Positions 1-13,197 of a stretch of DNA of 64,000 bases are shown here, piece by piece. Origin of the DNA: Octopus sinensis (lineage: Eukaryota); assembly GCF_006345805.1 (NCBI RefSeq), contig NC_043000.1, forward strand, positions 155,868,001 through 155,932,000. Direction: 5' to 3'. The notes under the pieces are model-generated. The model saw nothing but the letters and a program-made list of their open reading frames with translations. It had not been told where the DNA came from and made no database searches. The position numbers and the translations under genes were made by a program. How positions within the stretch are numbered: position 1 is the stretch's first letter; every line of letters starts with the position of its first letter.

Positions 1-192
1 AATGTTTCTGTAGTTGACAATTCTTGGTTAATTCTGTTTGGATGAGGATATTACTTACAGATAGCTAGAAACACTGGGAAACAACTCCTAAATATACCAT
101 TCTGGACATGAAGATATGTGTCCACATTGCTTAGAGCCAATGTAATTTATATAGCCAACATTCTTGCTTGTGACCATGATATTTCTAAAATA

Positions 193-707
193 CTGTAAAT
201 CCCCGAGTATAATCCGCATTTTTTCCCCAAAATTTAAAGGTCAAAATCCCTAGTGCGTACTATATATGAGGTTAAAAATGGAAAATATTTTCTAAGCAAT
301 GTCTGAGTCATTATTTGCTGTCCGGCAATGTTTATTCAGACACATTTTGTGATGTCAGGCGCAAAAATCCCTTAAGCTAAGCCTGAAAGCAATGAAGTCA
401 TAAAAGAATCATCCATAACTTGCAGTAAGCAACATTTATTAAACGTTATTACTGTTATTTCTTTATTTTCTGCAAGCAAAATGCACAAAAAAGCTACACG
501 CTTGTATTATGTTATATATACAATAATAATAATAAAGGACGTTACTGTATACATTTTTACAAACCAAGGATGTTATATAGACCTCCTTGACTCAAATTAG
601 AGAAGGGGTGTGTATTATACACAAGGTTTAGGTTTTTCAGAGCTACAGCCCACTAAAAATCCCCTGCGTATTATACTCAAGGGCAGACTATACTCGAGGA
701 TTTACGT
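193..707. mobile_element. Tc1/mariner-pogo-type MITE
   Basis: TIRs ctgtaaatccccgagtata / tatactcgaggatttacgt, with TA at 191-192 and 708-709. Confidence 0.8.
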
Positions 708-958
708 TAAGTATGCTTTCCAAATATATGATTTAACTTTTAAAGATCATGCAACAGGCTGAATGTAGGAGCTAAATCTCTACAATACAATTTATGTAAA
801 ACACCATAAAACATCAAAAGAATTCATTCTGTATGAAAATATACTACACCATCCTCAAATATCCTCTTATCTTAATGATTTACATTTTATACATAGATAT
901 GTAAATGCACAAAAGGAACCGCACATAATTGCAAAGATGTGTAATACACATAAATGAG

Positions 959-1345
959 GATGGAAGCACTCCATCGGTTACGACGACGAGGGTTCCGGTT
1001 GATCTGATCAACAGAACAGCCTGCTCATGAAATTAACGTGTAAGTGGCTGAGCACTCCACAGACACGTGTACCCTTAACGTAGTTCTCGGGAATATTCAG
1101 CGTGACACAGAGAATGACAAGGCCGGCCCTTTGAAATACAGGTACAATAGAAACAGGAAGTAAGAGTGAGAGAAAGTTGTGGTGAAAGAGTACAGCAGGG
1201 ATCACCACCATCCCTGCTGGAGCCTTGTGGAGCTTTTAGGTGTTTTCGCTCAATAAACACTCACAACGCCCGGTCTGGGACTCGAAACCACGATCCTATG
1301 ACCGTGAGTCCGCTGCCCTAACCACTGGGCCATTGCGCCTCCACT
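959..1345 (-). mobile_element. tRNA-derived SINE family B, full length
   Basis: tRNA-like head with A/B boxes (tggcccagtgg ... ggtttcgagtccc). 14-bp TSD taatacacataaat at 942-955 and 1346-1359. Four near-identical copies in the window. Confidence 0.9.
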
Positions 1346-2171
1346 TAATACACATAAATACAAAACAATACACTGGAACACTCTCCCTCACAGACAGTCA
1401 AATGTTTTTATGCAATGTTTTATAATCTGAATATAGAGAATTCTGATCTTCCAAATGGCTATACATGGTTTCAAATCCTTTGCTCTGTTCATATTCAATC
1501 CCACCACCATTGCTACCCTTTATCACTGTATCTCCCCTATACCATCATCCCTCCATCACTCAACATCATCTCCAAATGAACCTATCCATATCCTGTATTC
1601 CCTATCAATACCACTAACCATTAATCTCTCTAACCCATAAGACTCTTCAATAGCATCTATCACTGTCAGTCTACATCTACAATTTCTGTTGCTATTCATC
1701 ATTTGCTCACTTTTAACCATAATTTTAACCCCCAAGCCAACTTTCCCACAGTTCCCCCACACTGCTTTCACAGCTTCTGCTATAACATGTAGCTATCACT
1801 GTCTCTCTACCATTACTCCCTCCCCACCATCCTCTCAGTCTTATCACTGTTTCTCCACTTCATGCTCATATTGTTTCTTCTTTCACCTTCGTGGACACCA
1901 CTCTCTCTTCTATTCACCCACTTTTGGTCATGTTTGGCTTGAAAGAACAGAGACAATACAGAGGAGAGAGAACTTCTTAGTCTTGCTGAGGTCATGGAAA
2001 CCAATCTAGTGCTGGTGCCATGATAAAATGCACCAGGTATTCACTGTAAAGTGGATGGCTTTTAGGAAGGGTATTCAGCCATAGAAAACATGCCAAAAAA
2101 CAGAACATACAAATGAGTCAGGGGCTTCTGACTCATCTACAAGAGCAGTCACTTCAAATAAGAACTCTCTC

Positions 2172-2582
2172 TCTTTTACTCTTTTACTTGTTTCAGTCAT
2201 TTGACTGTGGCCATGCTGGAGCACCGCCTTTAATTGAGCAACTCGACCCTGGGACTTATTCTTTTGTAAGCCCAGTACTTATTCTATCGGTCTCTTTTGC
2301 TGAACCGCTAAGTAATGGGGACATAAACACACCAGCATCGGTTGTCAAGCAATGCTAGGGGGACAAACACAGACACACACATATATATATATACGACAGG
2401 CTTCTTTATATACATATATACGACAGGCTTCTTTCAGTTACCATCTACCAAATCCACTCACAAGGCATTGGTCGGCCCGGGGCTATAGCAGAAGACACTT
2501 GCCCAAGATGCCACGCAGTGGGACTGAACCCGGAACCATGTGGTTGGTTAACAAGCTACTTACCACACAGCCACTCCTGCGC
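2172..2582 (-). mobile_element. tRNA/CORE-like SINE family A
   Basis: Head aggcgcaggagtggctgtgtgg...ggttcagtccc, CORE-like ttgggcaagtgtctt, central (TA)n(TG)n, tail (gagtaaaa)n. Confidence 0.88.
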
Positions 2583-2894
2583 ATATGATTCAGATATTGA
2601 AAAATAATCCAACCCATGCTAGCAGATGTAAAGTGATGATGATAATACATATACATGTAGACATACACTGTGATTGTGGACACTGGCTATATATGTGTGT
2701 GGTGTAGGTGTGAATTTGTGCATGCAGAAACACAAGCTATAAGTTTCAAGAAGCAACATAGAAAAATACGTCAACGTTCTGTAAGAACAAACTATACTGC
2801 TGTAGACACCATGAACCATGTTTAAGTGGGGATAAATAGTACCCCTTGGAATTAATACTGCCTCAGTTATATATATATATATCATCATCATCAC

Positions 2895-3190
2895 GTGACC
2901 GACCAGGCCATCAGATGTTGCTACACATCGCTGGTCACAATGCGCTTCACATTGTTTTAGCCTTCAATGACGCCACCCCGCTGGCTAAGCGAGCAGGCCA
3001 ACAGAAGAAAGAGTGAGAGAAAGTTATGGTGAAAGAGTACAGCAGGGATCCCCACCATCCCCTGCCAGAGCCTCATGGAGCTGTAGGTGTTTTCGTTCAA
3101 TAAACACTCACAACACCCAGTCTGGGAATCGAAACCTCGATCCTACGACCGTGAGTCCGCTGCCCAAACCACTAGGCCATTGCACCTCCA
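2895..3190 (-). mobile_element. SINE sharing the family B 5' half but with a different 3' half
   Basis: 3010-3190 matches the family B head and body; 2895-3005 (gtgaccgaccaggccatcagatg...) replaces the family B tail. Confidence 0.75.
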
Positions 3191-3655
3191 CACACACACA
3201 CACACACACATATATACATATATGTGTGTGTATGTGTGTATATATATATAAAATACATTCATATTTCAGAGTAGAAAAGCTTACTTAAATTTTGTTCTCT
3301 TCAAACATGCATATATCTTTTATCTTTTATTTTTTTCAGTAATTGAACTGAGACCATTTCCATGTACATACATAGGTATGAGTGATAAGTATATCATCAT
3401 CATCATCATCATCATCATCATTTAGCGTCCGCTTTCCATGATAGCATGGGTTGGACGGTTCAACTGGGGGTCTGTGAAGCCAGAAGGCTGCACAAGGCCC
3501 AGTCAGATCTGGCAGTGTTTCTACGGCTGGATGCCCTTCCTAACGCCAACCACTCCGTGAGTGTAGTGGGTGCTTTTTACGTGCCACCCACACGTGTTAT
3601 TACACACATATATATGTGTGTGTTATTACTAATCATCTACGAGATGATTTAGCCT

Positions 3656-3770
3656 GTTTAATATCAACACCATCCATATTCTTTTCTACTCTAGGCACAA
3701 AAGTTTTGAGGAGGAGGGGCCAGTCAATTAGATTGACCCCAATACGTTTAATATCAACACCATCCATATT
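3656..3770 (-). mobile_element. 65-bp retroposon 3' tail between 25-bp direct repeats
   Basis: gtttaatatcaacaccatccatatt at 3656-3680 and 3746-3770. Confidence 0.8.
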
Positions 3771-4129
3771 AAAATGTTCATATTTAAATTTAAACCACCC
3801 AGTTTCATAAAAGAAATCCTTTTGTTGTGTCCCAAATAAAAACTTAATAAGAATGTCAGTTATTTTACAAACTCCCTTCAAATTCTCAATAATTATTGTA
3901 ATATATTAGAAAACGTATCTCAATACAAATACAGTCAAGATTGTTAAATATCTCTCTTCTTTAATCATTCAATATTATTGAATGCATTCGTTTACGCAAC
4001 CAGCAATGACAAGAATGCTCCATTAGTCCTAATACCATTTATAGAGTAATGTTCTAGAGCTAAAGGTCATTTAGCACATGAAAGAGTAATGCAATAATCA
4101 ATAAGTGATAGAGACAAAGACGAGGTTAC

Positions 4130-4306
4130 CACTTTGTTGCCAGCTTTCATATCAGAGAAAATCGCAGTGTGTACAAAGCCATCTGTATACAATGTTTCAC
4201 CAATATCTGTTCGGTACCTCCTAGCTGCAACCTCTTCATCAGAGAGTGGTATTTTCCCAGATGTAAAAATTTCACTGTAAGACTGAAGACCAAGCTGGAA
4301 ATATTC
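4130..4306 (-). CDS. VPS13B: VPS13B exon 21 (177 nt, or 174 nt with the alternative donor; phase 0 to 0)
   Basis: ttttcag/GAATAT. Peptide EYFQLGL...TLYTDGFVHTAI, cf. human EAFQIGI...TLDEEAFVDTEI. Donor either GTG/gtaacc (end 4130) or AAA/gtggta (end 4133). Confidence 0.85.
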
Positions 4307-4406
4307 CTGAAAGAAACATGGGAAATAGAGTAAGAAAAAAATAAAAACTCTATCATTTTTTAAAAGCAAATATGTAAAAAATTTTGTTCACTGTATTTTA
4401 TAAGAT

Positions 4407-4795
4407 GGATAGAAGCACTCCGTCGGTTACGACGACGAGGGTTCTGGTTGATCCAAATCAATGGAACAGCCTGCTCATGAAATTAACATGTAAGTGGCTG
4501 AGCACTCCACAGACACGTGTACCCTTAATGTAGTTCTCGGGGATATTCAGCGTGACACAGAGAGTGACAAGGCCGGCCCCTTGAAATATAGGTACAACAG
4601 AAACAGGAAGTAAGAGTGAGAGAAAGTTGTGGTGAAAGAGTACAGCAGGGATCACCACCATCCCCTGCCGGAGCCTCGTGGAGCTTTTAGGTGTTTTCGC
4701 TCAATAAACACTCACAACGCCCGGTCTGGGGATTGAAACCGTGATCCTACGACCGTGAGTCCGCTGCCCTAACCACTGGGCCATTGCGCCTCCAC
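4407..4795 (-). mobile_element. SINE family B copy
   Basis: Near-identical to 959-1345. 12-bp TSD attttataagat at 4395-4406 and 4796-4807. Confidence 0.9.
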
Positions 4796-5149
4796 ATTTT
4801 ATAAGATATAATCTGTGAGAATGAAAGTGAGAGAGAGTGCAAGGTAAGAGAGACAGAAAGGGTATATGCATGTTTGAATGTGTGAGAGGAAAAAATAGAG
4901 ACAACAATGATATAATGATAGGAAAGAAATAATGAAGAACTAAAATGTGGAAAGAAGTAAGATGAAGAAAGAGTGGAATGAAAAAGATGAAGAGAAGAGA
5001 AGAGAAAGAGAGAGAGTAAGAGAGAGAGAGAGAGTGAGTGAGAGAGAGAGAGAGATCTTTAGGTGTTGTCGTTTGATCCCCAGTCAGTCCTGGCTGAGCT
5101 GACCCCTATGTCTTTTAGGATCCTCAAAAATTGCTTTGTAAGGCTGGTG

Positions 5150-6150
5150 ATTATCTTCTAACTTTCAGCCATTCAAACCATGGGAGGAGATAGGTATTCT
5201 ATCTTCCACTGGACAGAACACCTATCTATAGAGAGTAACAGTCCCTCTGTTATTGCTTGGAGGACTATGATGAATAAGAGGAGGCTGGGGACTGATCCTT
5301 GGTGAACCCCTACTTCTACCTGGATTTTTTCACTATACTCATTGCCAACCCTCACCTCACTGACAGCATCCTTGTACAGGACTTGTACAGCTCTTACCAA
5401 CTACTTGTCTATTCCCAGTTTCCACATTGACCACCAGATAAGGAATTGGGGGACCCTGTCAAAGACTTTCTCCAAGTCATCAAGAGCCAAGTACAGAGGT
5501 TTATCTTTGGCCAGATATTTCTCCTGCAGTTGTCTTACCAGAAATATAGCATCAACGGTGCTTCTGCCTTGCACAAAACCAAACTGCATCTCATCTAGGC
5601 TAACTCTCTCCCTAATTAGTTGGGCTCACCTGACCCATTAATCTGATACCCCTGTACTTATTTCTATCTAAAACATCACCTTTATCTTCGTAGCAGTTGA
5701 CTATGGTGCTGCTACACCAGTCATTGGGTATGACTCCTTCATGAACTACCTGATTTACGATGCAGGTGATAAGATCATAACCTACACCGCATATTTTAAG
5801 CATCTCAGCAGTGATTCCTGATGAGCTAGGTGTTTTTCCTGTCTTCATATCCTTATTTGCTTTATCTACCTGGGTACTGTCGCTATGGGTAGCTGGTCCC
5901 TCAATTGGGTCAACCTTTGGCAGACTCTCCTCCTCCCATTCATTCTCCACATTCAGCAGTCTTTCATAATGGCATCTCCAAGTCTCTTTCTTTGCAGGAT
6001 CATTAAACGCAAGGGCACCATCATCCATACAGACACATTTCTCTTCTACGACATCACAGTTATCTCTCACACACTGTCTTGAAATCCAAAATACTTCAGT
6101 TCTTTGGTCCTCACATAGCTGATTGCTGAACACTGGCAAACTTCTTTTCT
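5150..6150 (-). mobile_element. RTE-type LINE ORF2 reverse transcriptase fragment, disrupted
   Basis: Frames read IPNDWCSSTIVNCY..KGD..DRNKYRGIRL, QFGFVQGRSTVDAIFLVRQLQEKY...DLEKVFDRVP and GVHQGSV, split by stops and frameshifts. Confidence 0.9.
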
Positions 6151-6868
6151 GCTACTCCTTTGGCTATATATACCGTTCTGGCTATCTGATACAGTCCCCT
6201 GCTACCTCAACTCTTCCAGGCCTGTTCTTTGTTCTAATGACCCTCTCTCTTTCTCTCTCTCTCGTTTGTTAAAAAAGTTTGAAACCATTGGTCCAGGAGT
6301 TAGATGGTAAATGTTTTTATTTTTCATTCCCTTCGAAATTTTATCCCTAACAGTTGTTTGGAATTTATCTGTCCTCTCTAGTGTGCAAGGAGTCCTAGGA
6401 TGGATGCCTCTTATGTGTTTAAATGTACAGTGTATTTATGTGAATAATATATAGTCTGTTACTAGGCCACTAGTAACAGAAATTTCTAATATTTCTGATT
6501 ACCCTCTGATATTATTAAATATATACATGTCCCACAAATGTGAGCATGGAAGGCGGACATTAAACAATGATGATATATATAGGCGCCCACAAACACACAT
6601 CACTCATATATATATTTTAAAGTAATTAACACATTTGTCCCTTGTAAACCCTTAGTGAAGATCAAAAAGTGAAAAGCATAGGAGTTGGTGACCCTCCAAT
6701 CTGAGGGTAACTTCCTCCTTTACAGCACTGTATTCCTCTTCTAATTAAGTTGTAAAATACGCACATGCACACATAGACACACATCATTAACCCTTCAGCA
6801 TTTAAACCAGGCCTAACCGGCTCAAATATTCTACCTGTTTTATGCATCTAATATAACAAACAAATTAT

Positions 6869-7029
6869 TGGTTGTGTGGTAAGTAGCTTGCTTACCAACC
6901 ACATGGTTTCGGGTTCAGTCCCACTGCGTGGCACCTTGGGCAAGTGTCTTCTACTATAGCCTCGGGCCGACCAAAGCCTTGTGAGTGGATTTGGTAGACG
7001 GAAACTGAAAGAAGCCTGTCGTATATATG

Positions 7030-7060
<31 letters not shown>

Positions 7061-7270
7061 TTGTGTGTCTGTGTTTGTCCCCCTAGCATTGCTTGACAAC
7101 CGATGCTGGTGTGTTTATGTCCCCGTCACTTAGTGGTTCGGCAAAAGAGACCGATAGAATAAGTACTGGGCTTACAAAGAATAAGTACCGGGGTCGAGTT
7201 GCTTGACCAAAGGCGGTGCTCCAGCATGGCCGCAGTCAACTGACTGAAGCAAGTAAAAGAGTAAAAGAGT
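6869..7270 (+). mobile_element. SINE family A (5' clipped)
   Basis: Same sequence as the other family A copies. Confidence 0.88.
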
Positions 7271-7271
7271 A

Positions 7272-7548
7272 AATTATGGAACAGGGTGAAAGATAGCCTA
7301 TATGATGCATGTGTGAGAACTGCCATGCTACACGACAGTAAAACATGGGCCATGACTTCTGAGGACATGCATAGGCTTGAAAGAAATGAAGCTAGTATGA
7401 TCGGCTGGATGTGTAACATTGGTGTGCATACACGACAGAGTGTGACCACCCTGAGAAAAAAGTTAGACATAAGAAGCATCAAATGTGGTGTGCAAGAGAG
7501 ACGACTGTGCCAGTGTGGTTATGTGTTGCATATGGATGAGGACAGCTG
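7272..7548 (+). mobile_element. RTE LINE ORF2 C-terminal fragment
   Basis: LYDACVRTAMLHDSKTWAMTSEDMHRLERNEASMIGWMC. Confidence 0.85.
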
Positions 7549-8095
7549 TTTTATGTTCAAACTGACCAGATCCAGCCCCTCACACCTACCCAGCATTGTC
7601 TTTCTAAACATAAACAGTCACATCACTGAAATCTGAAAGATCATCATCATCGTTTAGCATCCGCTTTCCATGCTAGCATGGGTTGGACGGTTCAACTGGG
7701 GTCTGGGAAGCCAGAAGGCTGCACCAGGCCCAGTCTGATCTGGCAGTGTTTCTACAGCTGGATGCCCTTCCTAACGCCAACCACTCCGTGAGTGTAGTGG
7801 GTGCTTTTTATGTGCCACCTGCACAGGTGCCAGACAAGGCTGGCAAACGGCCACGATCGGATGGTGCTTTTTACATGCCACCGGCACGGGGGCCAGACGA
7901 GGCTGGCAACGGCTACAATCGGATGGTGCTTTTTACGTGATAAGATAATACATGAGTGATTCAAAATAATGTGAATATATAAGCATTACATTTGACAGAA
8001 TAATCTGAATGCTAAAAGGCAAAGCTATTAAGCAAGATAAAAAGAAAAAATAAAGATTCAAAACAGAAAAACAAAAAAAAAAACATTCAAAATAC

Positions 8096-8381
8096 CTGAA
8101 TTCCAGTAGGTGTGAAGGTAGCACCACGTGGAACATTCCATTGTTGATTATGGGGTGAAATAACAACCAGAGGTACATTTGTGTTGTTAGTGAAGAGGTA
8201 TGATGGCACTATGTCTAACAACACGGTGCTGCATCCAGGCCAGTATTCAGTCAGGCTGATATCAACATCAATACTAAATGCATCAACTTTGGATGAAGCG
8301 GGTTTGCTGCTTATGGAACCGGACACTGATATAGCATGGTTATAGTTACTGGACTCCTTAACTGGAACAACATCTCGATAC
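8096..8381 (-). CDS. VPS13B: VPS13B exon 20 (286 nt, phase 2 to 0)
   Basis: aattcag/GTATCG ... ATTCAG/gtattt. Peptide VDISLTEYWPGCSTVLLDIVPSYLFTNNT, cf. human MRVKLSIWKPYVRTLLIELLPWALLINES. Confidence 0.9.
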
Positions 8382-9410
8382 CTGAATTTCGTAACATAAA
8401 AAAAAAAGAAAAAAAAAACATTATAACAGACCCAATTAAATATATCAGGTTTTCAGGAAACTGGGTAAGTTTTCTGAACAATTAAATTTTTTTACATCAA
8501 CTAGTATACAATCTTGAAACTTTATTTGGTGACTTTTCTATCACAACTTCAATGATTCAGTTCACTGATGAAATCATAATAATACCCAAACATGTTTGGG
8601 TTGTTTCCCCTACTTACAGAAATTACATAAATTATATTAGTCAATGGCCTTTTCTCTGTGCTTTTTTCTTTTCACATATGTTTAAATGCTCCTTGCATTA
8701 AATATATAACCACTATCATTTTGGATATAGACTGACAGTGCATTCATTATTTGCTATACATATGTTATTCATGCAATACATTTCTGATAGTCTTCATAAT
8801 ATAGTCACAATGGAAAGACAAAGAGAAGTGAGTATTTTCTCATGCACAATTGTATGTGGCTCTCTAGAGGGAGTTTGCATCTTGACATAAAAATAACAGA
8901 TTACAACTCCCAGATGACAAGTGCATAACAAAGAATACAGTTTTCCATGATGTTCTCTTCCAAGACTACATTTTCAGCACTACCATCCGAGCATGATCGT
9001 TGCCAGAGCACCATTTGAGCGTGATTGTTACCAGCGTCGCCTTACTGGCACTTGTGCCGGTGTGCAGGTGACACGTAAAAAAAAAAAACGATTTTGTCAT
9101 GGCCGTTGCCAGTACCGCCTGACTGGCTCTCATGCCGGTGGCACATAAAAGCACCCACTACACTCTTGCAGTGGGTGGCGTTAGGAAGGGCATCCAGCTG
9201 TAGAAACTGCCAGATCAACATTTGAGCCTGGTGCAGCCATCTGGTTCGCCAGTCCTCGGTCAGATCGTCCAACCCATGCTAGCACAGAAAGTGGACGTTA
9301 AATGAAGATGATGATGACCTCCCAAGAATTAAATGCTTCAGAAAAAGAAAAAACACTTCCAAGGGTACTGTTAGTAATTTAATTTATAAAAGGAAAATCT
9401 TAAACATTTA

Positions 9411-9712
9411 CGGAGATGTACCTGCATAGCAAGTGATTTGATCTGAGATCGTGTACTGAAACGAAAACAACTGCAGCGTGGAAGGTGTTTGTAAGCCATT
9501 TAAGAAACACACAAAAGCCGTTCGATTCACTTCAACATTTAAGTTTAATTTGTCAAAATATTTTCGTCGCTTTAAGCAGCACGGATTTTTGTCAGTGAAC
9601 AGGTTGCGGTCTTAAAGCGACGAAAATATTTTGACAAATTAAACTTAAATGTTGAAGTGAATCGAACGGCTTTTGTGTGTTTCTTACAAACACCTTCCAC
9701 ACTGCAATTGTC
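9411..9712. mobile_element. Palindromic fold-back MITE (further copies 11945-12248 and 62830-63038)
   Basis: 75-bp perfect inverted repeat 9502-9576 / 9611-9685. All copies share the centre gcagcac(g/a)gatttt and a TA-cggagatgtac end. Confidence 0.82.
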
Positions 9713-10094
9713 TTAAACATTTAATTCTATTAAAACAAATTCTAATAAAATAGGGCTATCAGTACATAATCAGAAATAACACATGACCCAGTATCAATGA
9801 ATAACTGAATAACAAGTCAAATAAAAACAAAGAAAATCTATGTATATATGATCACAAGTCACAGGTGGAAATAGTAAAACGGAGCAATATATGTAGTTCA
9901 GTATTTTTTTATGTATATTCCACAACAAATCATTATAATCCACAATACCTGAAAGAAATTGTACAGCCACATAACTACAGGTGTGACCATATTTCTATTG
10001 CAATAATATTTTTCATGTGTGGTTAAGAAGGTCACTTCCAAGCCACGTGGTTTAAGGTTCAGTTCCACTGCTTCTGACCTCTTACTCTCTTTAC

Positions 10095-10485
10095 TCTCTT
10101 TTACTTGTTTCAGTCATTTGACTGCGGCCATGCTGGAGCACCGCCTTTAGTCGAGCAAATCGACCCTGGGACTTATTCTTTGTAAGCCCAGTACTTATTC
10201 TATCGGTCTCTTTTGCCGAACCGCTAATTGACGGGGACGTAAACACACCAGCATCGGTTGTCAAGCAATGCTAGGGGGACAAACACATACACACACACAT
10301 ATATATATATATATACATATATACGACAGGCTTCTTTCAGTTTCCGTCTACCAAATCCACTCACAAGGCTTTGGTCGGCTCGAGGCTATAGTAGAAGACA
10401 CTTGCCCCAGATGCCACGCAGTGTGACTGAACTCGGAACCATGTGGTTGGTTAGCAACCTGTTTACCACACAGCCACTCCTGCAC
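10095..10485 (-). mobile_element. SINE family A
   Basis: Same family. Confidence 0.88.
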
Positions 10486-12289
10486 CTGTTGTATAAGCAT
10501 GTGTGTGTATGCCTTCTTGTTTTGGTATCATGTAGTAGTTGTACAACAAATATCACTATCATACATGTTGTATTGTAAGTTTGCAATCTTCCATGGAAAA
10601 AAATGTCTGGCCATGGAGGAAGATTTATTTTCCTTAGAAACAGGTGAGGACTGGCAAAAGGAAGAACATCTAGTTGCAAAATATCTTCCTCAATAGTTAT
10701 CATCTGATCTTTGCAAGCATGGAAAGTGGACATTGAAATGATGATGATAGTCCAACCAACATGTGACACATTGAAAACGGAATGCATGCATAATATCTAA
10801 CATTCCGGAAAATGTAAAATCAATTTTCTTTCAATCATCATCATCATCATCATTTAGCATCCGCTTTCCATGCCAGCATGGGTTGGATGGTTCAACTGGG
10901 GTCTGTGAAGCCAGAAGGCTGCATCAGCCCAGTCTGATCTGGCAGTGTTTCTACAGCTGGATGCCCTTCCTAACGGCCACGATCGGATGGTGCTTTTTAC
11001 GTGCCACTGGCACGGGGGCCAGGCGAGGCTGGCAACAGCCACGAACGGATGGTGCTTTTTACGTGCCACCAGCACGGAGGCCAGTCAGGGCGGCGCTGGC
11101 AACGGCCACGATCGGATGGTTCGCTTACTTGTCACCAGCACTGGTATCACAGCTGCAATTTCCATTGATGTTGATCGACTTCGATTTTGGTTCTGCTTTC
11201 TGATGATTGATTTGATTTTGATTTCAATGTGCTTTGTAATCATTGACAAAAAAGTTAAACATTTTAAGTCGTTTTTTTTTACTTTGAAACACAACAGTGG
11301 ACACTCAAAATCAATCAATACACTGAGTAAACAATAAAACAATAAAGGAAACAAACATCATCATCATCATCATCATTTTGTAATCTTTCTATGCAGCCAT
11401 AAATTGGACAGGCCATCAAGTACAAATCGGTTCTTATTTGGAGTTATTGCTCACTAGTGCATTTTACTTTGGATTTGCTGTGTGTCGCTGGATGCACTTC
11501 CTATCAGAAAAAAAACGTTACAGTGGGTACACTGGGTGCATTTTATCATGGCACCAGCCCTCAAGGAGTTATCATCTTCAGCAAGTCTAAAGTGTCCTCT
11601 CAAAACACTAAATTGAGCAAACAGCCAATACGAACAAAACATATTGTCTCTCAACTGCTTGGTATTTAGATATGTGGCAAAGAAGGAATGATGTTAGTGG
11701 TGACATGGTAAAAATACTTTTTGAAAATATTGCCATTTGAAAATTTTGTGAGAGGATTTCATAAGAAATAAAGAATATTGATTATTTGCATAAGTAAAAA
11801 CAGCAAATTTAATCAATTCTGTGATTTCTAAACCACCAGAAATTCAACAGAATTAAAATTTTGAAGAAATAATTTGGCAATTATCAAACACTGGTTAAGT
11901 AGATAAACCAACACACTACTTCTTCACAAACAGATAATATTTTACGGAGATGTACTCGCATAGCGAGTGATTTGATCTGAGATCGTGTGCTGAAATGAAA
12001 ACAATTGGAGCGTGGAAGGTGTTTGTAAGCCATTTAAGAAACACACACAAAAGCCATTCGATTCACTTCAACATTTAAGTTTAATTTGTCAAAATATTTT
12101 CGTCGCTAAAATCCGCGACCTGTTCACTGACAAATGCAGCACAGATTTTTGTCAGTGAACAGGTCGCGGTCTTAAAGCGACGAAAATATTTTGACAAATT
12201 AAACCTAAATGTTGAAGTGAATCGAACGGCTTTTTTGTGTGTTTCTTAGATAATATTTTACTAAAGCTAAGTGACTCTGGAGTAGTTTA

Positions 12290-13130
12290 TGGACTTTATT
12301 TGTTCTATCTAGCTAGGATTCCAGTTTTTTGGTAAGCTTCCAGGATATTGCTTGATATAAAAGGACTGGCTCTACGGCTGCACAGAAAAATTTCTCTCAA
12401 TGTTGTCTGACAGTTTGATTTCTATACAACATCCAGTTTCTTTAGGGTCAACCATGCTTTGACTGTCTGAATTTTTACATCCTTTTCAGTTGAGGCTATA
12501 GCAGAACTGATGTTCATAAAATCATCAACTTGATTAATGGGAGTGTCTCCGAAAGAGTGAGTGATGTGGAGTTCCGTGACAACCAACGAACACTAAAGTT
12601 TTTCCCCAAATCCCGGGTTTTTATAACTGCTCAACTTGACTAAAAAGAATCGAAATTCAGGACAAATATTCTTTTCGAAACTTCTAGAATCTTTATATTA
12701 GCAGTTATATTAACCAATGGAAAAAAAACGAAATTGATAATTCTTCGGCAATACGACATTACGTCATATTGCCAATTCGCGCCACATTTCAAAATGGTTA
12801 AAATGGTTATTGCTACAGGAGTATCCACTGATATTGGTGACGGATCTTTGTTGATTGCAATGAATTTGGTGTTACTAGAATATTTTCTGTGCAGCAGTAG
12901 TATCAGTCCTTGTAATAACGGAACAACAGTCTGGATGCTGACCAAAAAACTGGAATCCAAGCTAGATGGAACTTACACCTAAATGTTAAGAGCAGTCTTA
13001 AACATATCTCAGATAAATGCATCCCATCAAGAAACAGCTGAATGGAGATCTGCCAGTTACGACCATTATAAGGGAAAGGGCACTTGCACTTTGTAGGACA
13101 TTGCTGGCAAGCTAAATAAGAGCAGGTAAG
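12290..13130. mobile_element. Two inverted RTE-X-like LINE ORF2 C-terminal fragments (about 12290-12460 minus, 12870-13130 plus)
   Basis: FCAAV...WMLTKKLESKLDGTYT on plus; FFCAAVEPVLLY..SWKLTKKLES on minus. Confidence 0.7.
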
Positions 13131-13197
13131 TGACTTACTACTATGAATGTGAAAGCATGGTTGTACTTGAGCAGGTCACCAGAACACAGTGTATGTA

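Noticed and set aside
1-190. Next VPS13B exon near the window start
   Set aside because: No frame after the candidate AG gave a convincing match to the expected next segment; it probably lies outside the window.
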